This document shows, in pieces, positions 19,516 through 30,031 of a stretch of 64,000 bases of DNA (within the stretch, counting starts at the first letter, position 1; each line of letters begins with the position of its first letter). The notes beneath the pieces are model-generated. The model saw only the letters and a list, made by a program, of their open reading frames with translations. It did not search any database and was not told the origin of the DNA. Source of the stretch: an uncultured Solirubrobacteraceae bacterium (lineage in GTDB: Bacteria; Actinomycetota; Thermoleophilia; Solirubrobacterales; Solirubrobacteraceae). The stretch lies in assembly GCA_964582105.1 (NCBI GenBank), contig CAZOQI010000045.1:15655-79654 (forward strand), in the 5' to 3' direction. Position numbers and translations under genes: made by a program.

Positions 19516-21806
19516 GACGCCCGCCGGGCAGAGCTCTGAGGCGCCGGCTGGACAGGGCGCTCACTCGATCCGGCGTGTCGCTCGTGCTCATGCTCGCCAT
19601 CGCCGCGGGCGCGCTGGCGTACTTCTCGAGCACCGGCGCCGGCACCGCCTCCTCGGGCCTGGCCGTGCTCTCCCCCCCCACGATCTCCTCCGCGACTCCG
19701 GGCGCGGGCACGGTGACGCTCAGCTGGAGCGCCGTCGGCGCGCCGGGCCCGGGGACCGTCAGCTACTACGTCAGCCGCGACGGCACAGCGCCGGAAGGCA
19801 ACTGCCCGACCTCCATCTCGACCGCGAATGTGACGAGCTGCACCGACACGGGCGTCTCCATCGGCGCCCACCAATACACGGTCACGGCCGTGTGGCGCAC
19901 GTGGACGGCGACGAGCGCCACCAGCTCAGCCGTGGTCACGTTCGGCCCGGCCACCCACTTCCTGCTCGCCGCGGCGTCCACCACCCCCACCGCGGGCGTG
20001 GCGGACAACCTCACCATCACCGCCAAGGACGAAAGCAACAACACGGTCACCACCTACGCCGGCCTGCACAACCTCACCTTCGCAGGCGCCGCCAACAGCC
20101 CCGGCGGGACCCACCCGACCGTGTCCAGCAGCACGGGCGTCGTGACGAACTTCGGCACGGCCACCGCGATCTCATTCGTCAACGGCCTCGCCACGGTCGC
20201 CGGCACGAACAACGGCGTGATGAAGCTCTACAAAGCCGAAACCGCCCTCATCACAGTCACCGACGGCACCATCAACAACGGCGCCGGCCTCACAGTCACC
20301 GTCGCCGCCGCCGCAGCCGCGAGCTTCTCCCTGACAGCCATCAGCACCACGCTCACCGCGGGCGAAGCGGACAACCTCACCGTCACCGCCCTGGACGCCT
20401 TCGCCAACACCGCCACCACCTACACCGGCTCGCACAACCTCACCTTCGGCGGCGCCGCGATCAGCGCAGGCGGCAACCACCCCACCGTCAGCAACAGCGC
20501 AGGCGTCGCAACGAACTTCGGCACGGCGGAGGCGATCACGTTCGCCAGCGGCATCGCCACCACAGCCGGCGCGAACAACGGCGTGATGAAGCTCTACAAA
20601 GCCGAAACCACGAACATCACCGTCGCCTCCGGCGCCGTCAACAACGGCACCGGCCTCACGGTCACCGTGAACATCGCCCCACCAGCAAGCCTCGGACTCG
20701 CAGCGGCAACCGTCACCCCCGCCGCCGGCGCGACCGACAACCTCACGATCACCGCCAAGGACGCCTACGGCAACACCATCACCAGCTACACCGGCTCCCA
20801 CAACCTCACCTTCGGCGGCGCCAACACGATCGGCGCATTCACCCCAACCGTCACAAACAGCGCCGGCGCCGCCACCAACCTCGGCACCGCAACAGCGATC
20901 GCATTCACCAACGGCGTCGCCACCGTCGAAGGCACAGACAACGGCGTCATGACCCTCTACAAGGCCGAAGCCGCCAAGATCACCGTCACCGACGGAACGC
21001 TCAACAACGGCCTCGGGCTCACCGTCACCGTCAGCCCCCTCGCAGCATCCAGCCTCACACTCGCAGCCGCAACCCTCACCCCCACCGCGGGCGTCGCCGA
21101 CAACCTCACGATCACCGCCAAAGACACCTACGGCAACACCGCCACCACCTACACCGGCTCCCACAACCTCACCTACGGCGGCGCGAGCGCCAGCCCCAAC
21201 GGGAATACCCCCACCGTCAGCAGCAGCACAGGCGTCGTGACGAACTTCGGCACGGCCACCGCGATCTCATTCGTCAACGGCCTCGCCACCGTCGCCGCCG
21301 GAAACAACGGCGTCATGAAGCTCTACAAAGCCGAAGCCGCCCTCATCACCGTCACCGACGGCACCATCAACAACGGCGCCGGCCTCACAGTCACCGTCGC
21401 CGCCGCCGCCGCGGCACGCTACGCCTGGACGCACGTCACCGTGAGCGCCGGCGCCCTCAGCTCGCCCTGTCTGTTCACGTGCACGGTCACGACCCTCGGC
21501 AACGCCGGCACCTTCACCGCGAACGTGAGCGTCACCGACAACTTTGGGAACACGGTGAGCGCCCTGGGAGCCGGCCACACACTCACCGTCTCGACCCCCG
21601 CGGCCGGGGAAGGCAGCGGCGGCAGCTTCACGGCGCCGACGGCGGGCACGTCCGTGACCCTGACGATCGCCGCCGCGGGCCCGGCGGACTCCACCGTCCA
21701 GTTCACGTTCAAGGCCCAGAGCGGCGTCTGGGTCTCCGACACGATGACCGCCCAGAGGCTCGCCGGCACGGTCTACACCAACGCCACCGCGACCCTGAAC
21801 AAGTGA
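19512..21806 (+). CDS. large Thr/Ala/Gly/Asn-rich repeat surface protein (adhesin-like)
   Basis: Signal ending ALAYFS, FnIII-like domain, four ~122-aa beta-rich repeats; ATGA overlap with upstream gene. Confidence 0.8.
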   Translation: MRRPPGRALRRRLDRALTRSGVSLVLMLAIAAGALAYFSSTGAGTASSGLAVLSPPTISSATPGAGTVTLSWSAVGAPGPGTVSYYVSRDGTAPEGNCPTSISTANVTSCTDTGVSIGAHQYTVTAVWRTWTATSATSSAVVTFGPATHFLLAAASTTPTAGVADNLTITAKDESNNTVTTYAGLHNLTFAGAANSPGGTHPTVSSSTGVVTNFGTATAISFVNGLATVAGTNNGVMKLYKAETALITVTDGTINNGAGLTVTVAAAAAASFSLTAISTTLTAGEADNLTVTALDAFANTATTYTGSHNLTFGGAAISAGGNHPTVSNSAGVATNFGTAEAITFASGIATTAGANNGVMKLYKAETTNITVASGAVNNGTGLTVTVNIAPPASLGLAAATVTPAAGATDNLTITAKDAYGNTITSYTGSHNLTFGGANTIGAFTPTVTNSAGAATNLGTATAIAFTNGVATVEGTDNGVMTLYKAEAAKITVTDGTLNNGLGLTVTVSPLAASSLTLAAATLTPTAGVADNLTITAKDTYGNTATTYTGSHNLTYGGASASPNGNTPTVSSSTGVVTNFGTATAISFVNGLATVAAGNNGVMKLYKAEAALITVTDGTINNGAGLTVTVAAAAAARYAWTHVTVSAGALSSPCLFTCTVTTLGNAGTFTANVSVTDNFGNTVSALGAGHTLTVSTPAAGEGSGGSFTAPTAGTSVTLTIAAAGPADSTVQFTFKAQSGVWVSDTMTAQRLAGTVYTNATATLNK
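19945..21415 (+). repeat. four intragenic 363-366 bp tandem repeats
   Basis: GACAACCTCAC anchors at 20004, 20370, 20736, 21099. Confidence 0.85.
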
Positions 21807-21869
21807 TCCATGTCTGAGGGCTTGGGGGCGCCAGCCCCCAATAACCCTCTCCCCACCCCGGAGGGGCGC

Positions 21870-22943
21870 TCAGCGCAAGAACGGCGGAACGTCGATCTCG
21901 TCGTCGGAGATCTCAAGCGAGGAGCGCTCGCGATCGCCGATCCGCGGGGCCCGATCGGGCCTGCCCGCCCGCTCGCGCCGAGCCGAGCGCCCCGGGCGGT
22001 GGTCGAAGCCCGTGCCGATGACCGTCACGCGGATGTCATCCCCGAGGTTCTCGTCGATGACGGCGCCGAAGATGATGTTGGCGTTGGGGTCGGCCGCGCT
22101 CTGGATGATCTCCGCGGCCTCGTTGACCTCGAACAGCCCCAGCTCCTTGCCGCCGGTGATGTTGAGCAGGATGCCGGTGGCGCCGTCCACGGACTCCTCC
22201 AAGAGCGGCGAGGAGATGGCCAGCTTGGCGGCCTCCGCGCAGCGGTTCTCGCCGGCCGCAGTGCCGATGCCCATCAGGGCCGAGCCGGCGTCCTGCATGA
22301 TCGTGCGCACGTCGGCGAAGTCCAGGTTGATCAGCCCGGGGATCGTGATCAGGTCGGTGATGCCTTGGATGCCCTGGCGCAGCACATCGTCGGCTTCGCG
22401 GAAGGCGTCGAGCATCGAGGTGCGCCGCTCGACCACCGCCAAGAGCTTCTCGTTGGGGATCACGATCAGCGTGTCCACGACCTCGCGCAGACGATCGATG
22501 CCCTCGCTGGCCATGCGCGCGCGCTGGGTGCCCTCGAAGTCGAAGGGGCGCGTGACCACGCCCACGGTCAGCGCGCCGATCTCGTTCTTGGCGATCTCCG
22601 CGATCACGGGGGCCGCGCCGGTGCCGGTGCCTCCGCCCTCGCCCGCGGTGACGAACACCATGTCCGCGCCCTTCAGCGCCTCCTTGATGTCGTCGCGCGA
22701 CTCCGAGGCCGCGCCAAGGCCCACCTCAGGGTTGGCGCCGGCGCCGAGGCCGTGCGTTGACTCGTGGCCGATGTTGAGCTTCAGATCGGCGTCGCTCATG
22801 GCGAGCGCCTGCGCGTCGGTGTTGGCGGCGATGAACTCCACGCCGTGCACACCGGCGTCGACCATGCGGCTGACGGCGTTCGTGCCGCCGCCGCCCACGC
22901 CCACGACCTTGATGACCGCCAAGTACCCGCCGCCGCTCTCCAT
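21870..22943 (-). CDS. ftsZ: cell division protein FtsZ
   Basis: [23 protein letters not shown]. Confidence 0.98.
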   Translation of the reverse strand: MESGGGYLAVIKVVGVGGGGTNAVSRMVDAGVHGVEFIAANTDAQALAMSDADLKLNIGHESTHGLGAGANPEVGLGAASESRDDIKEALKGADMVFVTAGEGGGTGTGAAPVIAEIAKNEIGALTVGVVTRPFDFEGTQRARMASEGIDRLREVVDTLIVIPNEKLLAVVERRTSMLDAFREADDVLRQGIQGITDLITIPGLINLDFADVRTIMQDAGSALMGIGTAAGENRCAEAAKLAISSPLLEESVDGATGILLNITGGKELGLFEVNEAAEIIQSAADPNANIIFGAVIDENLGDDIRVTVIGTGFDHRPGRSARRERAGRPDRAPRIGDRERSSLEISDDEIDVPPFLR

Positions 22944-23016
22944 GATGTTCTGTCCGAAGCCTTGAGTAGTTGTTAAGGGTTCGACGGGCACTGCTCGCCG
23001 GACCGCTGAGTTGTGC

Positions 23017-23045
23017 ACGTTATGCAGGGAACTTCGCCCTGTCAA
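23017..23045 (-). promoter_or_regulatory. sigma70-type promoter of ftsZ
   Basis: TTGACA-17 nt-TAACGT on the minus strand. Confidence 0.65.
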
Positions 23046-23125
23046 CACAAACGTCGAATCTCGCAAGATTCGTTGCAGAACGCCCAACTCTACAGCAGTG
23101 CCTGAGAATTGCCCTCGGGCTGCTA

Positions 23126-24208
23126 TCAACCTTCAGTTGAGCTTGAGACTTCTCTTTCTTCGGGGGCCGCGGGCGCGGCCGGGGTTGCGCTCGCCGGGGT
23201 TGCGCTCGCCGGCGCGGCGCTCGTGGGCGTGACGCTGGTGGCCGGGGCGCTCGCGGCGGCAGGAGTCGTGGGCGTGCTCGTCGCCGAGCCCGAGCCGGCG
23301 GAGCCATTCACGGCTTCGGCCAGGCTGGCCGCGAGCGAGGCCGCGGTGGGGTCGCTCGCGCTCACCTGACCGGGCGCGGCGGTCATGGATTCGGAGTTGG
23401 CGGAGACCCCGCCGGGGAGGCCCACCGCCGGGCGTCCGGGCAGGCGCACGTCCACGTACCAGGCGCCCTGCGAGCTCGGGTCCGCCAGCACCCGCGCGGC
23501 CGCCAGCCACTTAGCGTGCGCCCGCGTGGCGTCGCCGAAGTAGAGCTCAAGGCCGTTGCGCATCGCCGCCGTCAGCCCTTCGGAGCCGGTGAAGACGCGC
23601 GCCACCCAGCCCACCAGCGCCGGCGGGGCGGCGCCGAGGACGGCGAGCGCTTCGAGCGTGGCGGGGCTCTTCACCTGGCCGCCGAGCGATTCGCCGCCCG
23701 CCCCCTGCACCAGCGGCAGCCGCGTGCTGAGCAGCGCGGGGCCGAGCACCGTGCCATCCGCCGCCGCAGCGGTCCTCACGCCGCCCGCCGCGAGCGCTGC
23801 CACGGGCGGGCGCTCGATCACGCGAATGCGCAGCGTGTGCGGGAAGCCGGCGCTGACCCTCAGATCGCGCACCACGCGCAGGGGCGCCACCGCGGCGCGC
23901 AGCGCGCCGACATTCACGTGCAGGGTGCTCATGCGCTGCGCCGCTTCGTTGAGCGCCACGCGAATGGCGCGCGCCTGCGGCCCCCGCGCCCCGATCACCT
24001 CGACGTTTTCCACGGCCACCAGCGAGGAGTCGCGCAGCCACAACCAGCCGCCGCCAAGCGCGCCCAGCGCGAGCAGCGTCACGGCCAGCGCCAGCAACGG
24101 GCGGCGCGGCAGGCGCAGGAGGCGCGGCAGGGGGATCGCGGACCGGCGGAGGCGGGGACGGGCGCGGGGGCGGGGGCGGGGAAGGCGCAGGGCGAGCGAG
24201 CGATCCAC
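23126..24208 (-). CDS. ftsQ: FtsQ/DivIB with low-complexity C-terminal tail
   Basis: TM segment, POTRA-like [19 protein letters not shown]; between murB and ftsZ. Confidence 0.85.
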   Translation of the reverse strand: MDRSLALRLPRPRPRARPRLRRSAIPLPRLLRLPRRPLLALAVTLLALGALGGGWLWLRDSSLVAVENVEVIGARGPQARAIRVALNEAAQRMSTLHVNVGALRAAVAPLRVVRDLRVSAGFPHTLRIRVIERPPVAALAAGGVRTAAAADGTVLGPALLSTRLPLVQGAGGESLGGQVKSPATLEALAVLGAAPPALVGWVARVFTGSEGLTAAMRNGLELYFGDATRAHAKWLAAARVLADPSSQGAWYVDVRLPGRPAVGLPGGVSANSESMTAAPGQVSASDPTAASLAASLAEAVNGSAGSGSATSTPTTPAAASAPATSVTPTSAAPASATPASATPAAPAAPEEREVSSSTEG

Positions 24209-24240
24209 TGCCTCATCCTTCGACCCTCAGGCCCAAACTC

Positions 24241-25169
<929 letters not shown>

Positions 25170-25173
<4 letters not shown>

Positions 25174-26513
25174 CCGCCCGCCAGTTCGCGGCCCAGCGCG
25201 TCGATGTCTCCGGCGCCCATCACGATGCACAGGTCCCCCGCGCGCAGCACGGTGCGCAGGACGCCCAGCGCCTGCGCCAGGGTGGGTAGCCAGTACACCG
25301 GCCTGCCGCCGGCCGCGTCCGCCGCCGCCTCGGCGACCAGCAGGCCGCTCACGCCCGGGTGATCCTCGGGGCGCTCGCGCGCGGGGTAGACATCGATGAC
25401 CGCCACCACGTCGGCCGGCGCCAGCGCGTGGCCCAGCGCGCGCGCCAGCTGCGCCGTGCGCGAATACAGGTGCGGCTGGAACACCGCCACCAGGCGCTCG
25501 TGGGGCAGCGCGCGCGCGGCCAGGAGGGTGGCCTCGATCTCCGTCGGATGGTGCGCGTAGTCCTCATACAGCACCGCCCCCCGCGGGCCCTCTCCAAGCG
25601 GCTGAAAGCGCCGCTCGGCGCCGTGAAAGCCGGCCAGCGCGGCGATCGCCCGCTCCACGTCGGCGCCGCTGCAGCGGGCGGCCTCCAGCGCCCCCGCGGC
25701 GTTGAGCGCATTGTGGGCGCCGGGCACCGCCAGCTTCACCTCGCGCTCGTGCCAGCGGAAGCGCTGACCGACCAGCGATCGGTCCTCCCCCAGCGGCCTT
25801 GGGTCGGGGGCGTCGTAGGGCACCACCGGGCCCTCGCGCAGCGCGAGCAGCTCGGGCCGGTCCCACACGACCGCCTTCCCCGCCGCGGCCAGGAAGGCGC
25901 GGAAGACCTCGCGCAGCTCCCCCAGCGAGCCGTACGTCGCGTGGTGGTCGAGCTCCACGTTGGTCACAACCGCGATCTCCACCACGAGGCTCAGCATCGA
26001 GCGGTCGCTCTCGTCCGCCTCCACCACCAGCCACTCGCTCGCGCTCCAGTGCGCGTTGGGCAGACCCCCGCCGATCTCCGCCCCCACCAGCCAGCCGGGG
26101 TCCACGCCCGCGCCGCGCAGCGCGTGCACGAGCATCGCCGCGGTGGTGGTCTTGCCGTGCGTGCCCGCCACCGCGATCGTGCGCTTGAGCGCGCTCAGCT
26201 CGCCCAGCAGGTCGGCCCGGGGGTGCTCGGGCAGGCCGCGCTCGCGCGCGGCCTCGCGCTCGGGGTTCGCGGGTGCGACGGCGCTCGAATACACCACCTC
26301 CACCCCATCTCCGGTTGGCACGTTCGCGGCGCGATGGCCGATGCTGGCCTTGAGCACCCCATCCGCGCGCAGGCGCTCCAGGTAGGGGGAGTCCTCGCGG
26401 TCGGAGCCGCTGACCTGCGCCCCCAGCGCGTGCGCCGCGCGCGCGTAGCCGCTCATGCCCGCGCCGCCCACGCCCACGAAGTGCAGCCGCCTGGCGCTCC
26501 ACGGTCCGCTCAT
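25170..26513 (-). CDS. murC: UDP-MurNAc--L-alanine ligase
   Basis: GVGGAGMSG, GTHGKTTT, EADESD, DYAHHP, FQPH. Confidence 0.96.
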
Positions 26514-26602
26514 GCGCCGGCGCTCCCAGCGGCTCGCCTCGTGCCCCGGCTGCCATCAGCGGCTCGCCTCATGCCCCGGCTGCCATCAGCGGCTCGCCTC
26601 AT
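26510..26602 (-). CDS. 30-aa repeat-built mini-ORF between murG and murC
   Basis: MRRAADGSRGMRRAADGSRGTRRAAGSAGA*; ATGA overlaps at both ends; 30-bp tandem repeat from 26527. Confidence 0.4.
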   Translation of the reverse strand: MRRAADGSRGMRRAADGSRGTRRAAGSAGA

Positions 26603-27675
26603 GCTCCCGCCGCCTCCAGCAGCTCGCGCGCCACCTCCGCGGCGGCGTCGGGGCGGGCCAGCCTGCGCGCGGCCGCGCTCATGGCCGCCAGGCGCGAGGG
26701 GTCGGCCAGCAGCGTCGCAACCTCGCGCGCCAACCGCGGGCCGCTCAGCTCCGCGTCGGCGATCACCACCGCCGCGCCCCCCCGTGCCATCCAGCGCGCG
26801 TTGGCGCTCTGGTGGTCGGCGGCCGCGTGCGGATAGGGCACGAGCACGGCCGGCAGCCCGTGAGCGGCGATCTCGAACACCGACCCCCCCGCGCGCGCCA
26901 CCGCCAGGTCGGCGGCGCTGAGCGCATCGGCGAAGTCCTCCAGGTCGAGGTACTCGCGCAGGTCATAGCCCTCGGGCAGCTCCCTTGCGGTCAGCTCGGG
27001 GTGATCGCGCCGGCCGCATATGTGCAGCACGTGAAAGGCCGCGCCGCTGAAGGCATCGATCGCGGCCAGATTGATCGAACGGGCGCCCAGCGAGCCGCCG
27101 AAGACCAGCACGCAGGTGTCCTCCCGCGCGATCCCCAGGCGCTCGCGGGCGCCCTCGCGGTCGTGCGCGAAGGCCGGGATCGGGCGGCCCGTCATGCGGT
27201 AGCGGCCGATGTGACGGCCGTCGATCGGAAAGGACAGGCACACGCGCCGCGCAAACGGGGCCAGGGCGCGGTTGCTCAGCCCCAGGTGGCTGTCGGCCTC
27301 GGTCAGCACCAGCGGTATGCCCCGCGACAGAGCGGCCATCCCCACCGGCCCGGCCACATAGCCCCCGCCGCCCATCACGGCATCGGCCCCGAGCTCCCCC
27401 AGCAGCGCCCGCGCGCGCGCCACCGCGACGGCCGCTCGGGCCAGCGAGCGCCCGGCCCGCAGCGGGTTGCTGCGGCTCAAGCCCTCCACCGAGATGGCGC
27501 GCAGCTGAAAGCCCGCCGCGGGCACCAGCTCGGCCTCCGCGCGCTCGCCGCCGATGAACGCGACCCGCGCGCCCTCAGCCTGCAGCGCGGCGGCCACCGC
27601 GAGCGCCGGCACCACGTGCCCGGCCGTCCCGCCGGCGGCGATCACGATCCGCTTCTGCGCCTGCTCTCTGCTCAC
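26599..27675 (-). CDS. murG: lipid II GlcNAc transferase
   Basis: AGGTAGHV, GGGGYV, FGGSLGA, DHQSANA. Confidence 0.96.
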   Translation of the reverse strand: MSREQAQKRIVIAAGGTAGHVVPALAVAAALQAEGARVAFIGGERAEAELVPAAGFQLRAISVEGLSRSNPLRAGRSLARAAVAVARARALLGELGADAVMGGGGYVAGPVGMAALSRGIPLVLTEADSHLGLSNRALAPFARRVCLSFPIDGRHIGRYRMTGRPIPAFAHDREGARERLGIAREDTCVLVFGGSLGARSINLAAIDAFSGAAFHVLHICGRRDHPELTARELPEGYDLREYLDLEDFADALSAADLAVARAGGSVFEIAAHGLPAVLVPYPHAAADHQSANARWMARGGAAVVIADAELSGPRLAREVATLLADPSRLAAMSAAARRLARPDAAAEVARELLEAAGA

Positions 27676-28999
27676 GTCCCCATCCTGCCGCTTCGCGCCT
27701 GCGCGTGTCGCCCCCGCCCTCGCCGGTGGCGCGGCGCGGCGAGGTCCCGCGCGTGTCGCCCTCATCCCCAGCGACGGCACGAGCCGAGGCCCTGCGCGTG
27801 CCGCCCACTGCGCGCACGTGCGCGCTGCCGCCCGAGGCCACGTCGAGCAGCAGTCCCATCGCGCACAGCATCACCACCAGGCTGGTCGAGCCATAGGAGA
27901 CGAACGGCAGCGGCACGCCCGTCAGCGGAGCCAGGCCGAGCACTGCGAACACGTTCAAAAGCGCCTGGAAGAGGATCAGGGCGGTCATGCCCGCGGCGAT
28001 CAGCGCGCTGTAGAGGCTCCGCGCGCGCTTGGCCGCGCGCAGGCCCGCGTAGCCGATCAGCCCATACAGCGACAGCAGCGCGCACACCCCCACGATCCCC
28101 AACTCCTCGCCGATGACCGCCAGGATGAAGTCAGTCTGCGCCTCGGGCAGGTAGAAGATCTTCTGCACCGACTGCCCCGGCCCCACGCCGAACAGCCCCC
28201 CCGAGCCGATCGCGATCTGCCCCTGCACGGCCTGAAAGCCGCTGCCCGAGGCGTGCGCCCAGGGGTCCAGGAAGGAGGTCAGCCGCGCCCGCGCGTAGGG
28301 CTTGACCAGCGCATACACCACCACCAGCGCCAGCCCCGACCCCGCCAGCTTGGCCAGGTGGCGCACCGGCATCCCCGCCACCACCAGCAGCGCCGACACG
28401 CTGAAGGCGATCGTCAGCGTGGTCCCCAGATCCGGCTCCAGGGCCACCAGCAGGCAGGCCCCGCCCACCACCGCCAGCAGCGGGCGCGCGAGCTCGCGCA
28501 GATCCAGCACCCGCTTGGGCCGCTTGGCCAGCAGCGTCGCCGTATACAGCACCAGCGCGATCTTCAACAGCTCCGAGGGCTGGAACTGGAAGAAGCCCGG
28601 CCCGATCCAGCGCCGCGCCCCGAGCACCCTCACTCCCACGTGGGGCACATACACGGCGAGCACCAGCAGGAAGGACACCACCAGCAGCGGCCCCGTGACG
28701 CGCTGCACGTACTTGACCCCATCGCGCGCCAGGAGGTTCATCAGCACAAGCCCCACCCCGCCGAACAGCGCATACTTGAGCAGATAGGAGCTGCCGTTGC
28801 CGTGCCCCCCCAGCAGCGACGGCGCCGAGGACGCGCTGTAGACCATCACCGCCCCGAACGCCAGCAGGCACAGCGTCGCCGTCAGCAGTATCCGCTGCTC
28901 AAGCGGCTGCCCCGCCGTCGCGCTCCTGGCGCTGGTCCGGCGCGGGCGCGCGCCACCGGGCCTGACTCTGGCTCGGGCTCCGCGCGCGCTCGGGGGCAT
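27575..28999 (-). CDS. ftsW: SEDS lipid II polymerase FtsW
   Basis: GARRWI, FQPSE, LPEAQTDFI, TGVPLPFVSYGSTS. Confidence 0.94.
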   Translation of the reverse strand: MPPSARGARARVRPGGARPRRTSARSATAGQPLEQRILLTATLCLLAFGAVMVYSASSAPSLLGGHGNGSSYLLKYALFGGVGLVLMNLLARDGVKYVQRVTGPLLVVSFLLVLAVYVPHVGVRVLGARRWIGPGFFQFQPSELLKIALVLYTATLLAKRPKRVLDLRELARPLLAVVGGACLLVALEPDLGTTLTIAFSVSALLVVAGMPVRHLAKLAGSGLALVVVYALVKPYARARLTSFLDPWAHASGSGFQAVQGQIAIGSGGLFGVGPGQSVQKIFYLPEAQTDFILAVIGEELGIVGVCALLSLYGLIGYAGLRAAKRARSLYSALIAAGMTALILFQALLNVFAVLGLAPLTGVPLPFVSYGSTSLVVMLCAMGLLLDVASGGSAHVRAVGGTRRASARAVAGDEGDTRGTSPRRATGEGGGDTRRREAAGWGREQRAGAEADRDRRRRDGRARGAGARGGRRAAG

Positions 29000-29059
29000 C
29001 CCCGCTCACTTCGACGGAGAGGGGCCGATGCCTCCATCGCCATTTTGGGGCGAGTCCGC

Positions 29060-29620
29060 TCAGGCCAGCGCCAGTTTGCCGTACAGCGCGCCGGCCACCG
29101 CCTGCCGCTGCGGCTTGCCCAGCCGGTTGGCGAGCCTCCTGATCTCCAAGGCGTCATTGAACGCCTGTAGGAAGGCGCTCTCGGAGGTGCCGGGCAGAGG
29201 CTCGCCAAGTGTCTCCTCGAACCACTGCGCCACGTCCGCCCAGCGCCAAACCTTCGTCCGGGCGTCCAGACGCCCCGCGGCCGGCGGGAAGCCCCCCGGG
29301 CCGCGTCTGCCGGCGACGAGCAGCCGCACGCTCTCCGGTGTCCGCCCCGCGCGCTTGGCGATATCGGCCATCGTGGCGAGATCGTCTTCCTCGACGCGCA
29401 GGACGATCGCGTCGGGCAGCGTCTTCAGCAGTTCATCCAGCGCCGTGGCGAGCGCTCGGCACAGGCTGCTCGCCCGCCGATCGAACTCCAGCAGGAAGGA
29501 CCCGTCCTCGTCCGGCCCCATCAGCGAGGCGTCCTCGATCCGCTCGTACAGCCGGATCGACAGATCCTCCCCGCTCTGGCCGGGGCTCAGGAATCGCAAT
29601 GTGAAGGTGTGGTCGTTCAT
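29060..29620 (-). CDS. HicB-like antitoxin with HTH
   Basis: N-terminal FTL..FDRRA domain, ADIAKRAGRTPESVRLL HTH, GFP..W.W; coupled to upstream small gene. Confidence 0.6.
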   Translation of the reverse strand: MNDHTFTLRFLSPGQSGEDLSIRLYERIEDASLMGPDEDGSFLLEFDRRASSLCRALATALDELLKTLPDAIVLRVEEDDLATMADIAKRAGRTPESVRLLVAGRRGPGGFPPAAGRLDARTKVWRWADVAQWFEETLGEPLPGTSESAFLQAFNDALEIRRLANRLGKPQRQAVAGALYGKLALA

Positions 29621-29844
29621 GATCTCTTGTGGGCACAGCGGGCAAGGAAGCGATCGATTCGCCTTGCCTCGTTCTCGGCGCTCCGCGGAGAGCCGTTGAC
29701 CGAGAACGGCGGGCACCTGCCCGCCGCGCCTCCCGGGCAGTAGACGATTCCCCAGTGACCTCGGTTCGCCTGAACCCGAAACCCCTGGCTCTCTGCCCGC
29801 TGCAGCGCCATCTCGACCGGCTTCTTTGGATGCTTTCTCCGCAC
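29617..29844 (-). CDS. HicA-like toxin
   Basis: 75 aa; HPKK..AL..AE..GF.V...GHWG..YCP....C..SV..SPR. Confidence 0.55.
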   Translation of the reverse strand: MRRKHPKKPVEMALQRAESQGFRVQANRGHWGIVYCPGGAAGRCPPFSVNGSPRSAENEARRIDRFLARCAHKRS

Positions 29845-30031
29845 TATACACCAATCTGTTGTGAGCTGCCAACAGCAATCGCTCGCGGGCCTGCATCTGG
29901 CGACCCGGCAGCCTCGGCCGGCACGCACCGCGATTGGCGGCGTACACCATGACGATCACCTGGGACCTTTTACGGATTCACCGACAGACATCTGTCGGAC
30001 GGAGGGCTGAACAAGGCGCTTCAGCCCGGGA

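Noticed and set aside
26527..26604. CRISPR-like 30-bp repeats
   Set aside because: Head-to-tail tandem repeats with no spacers.
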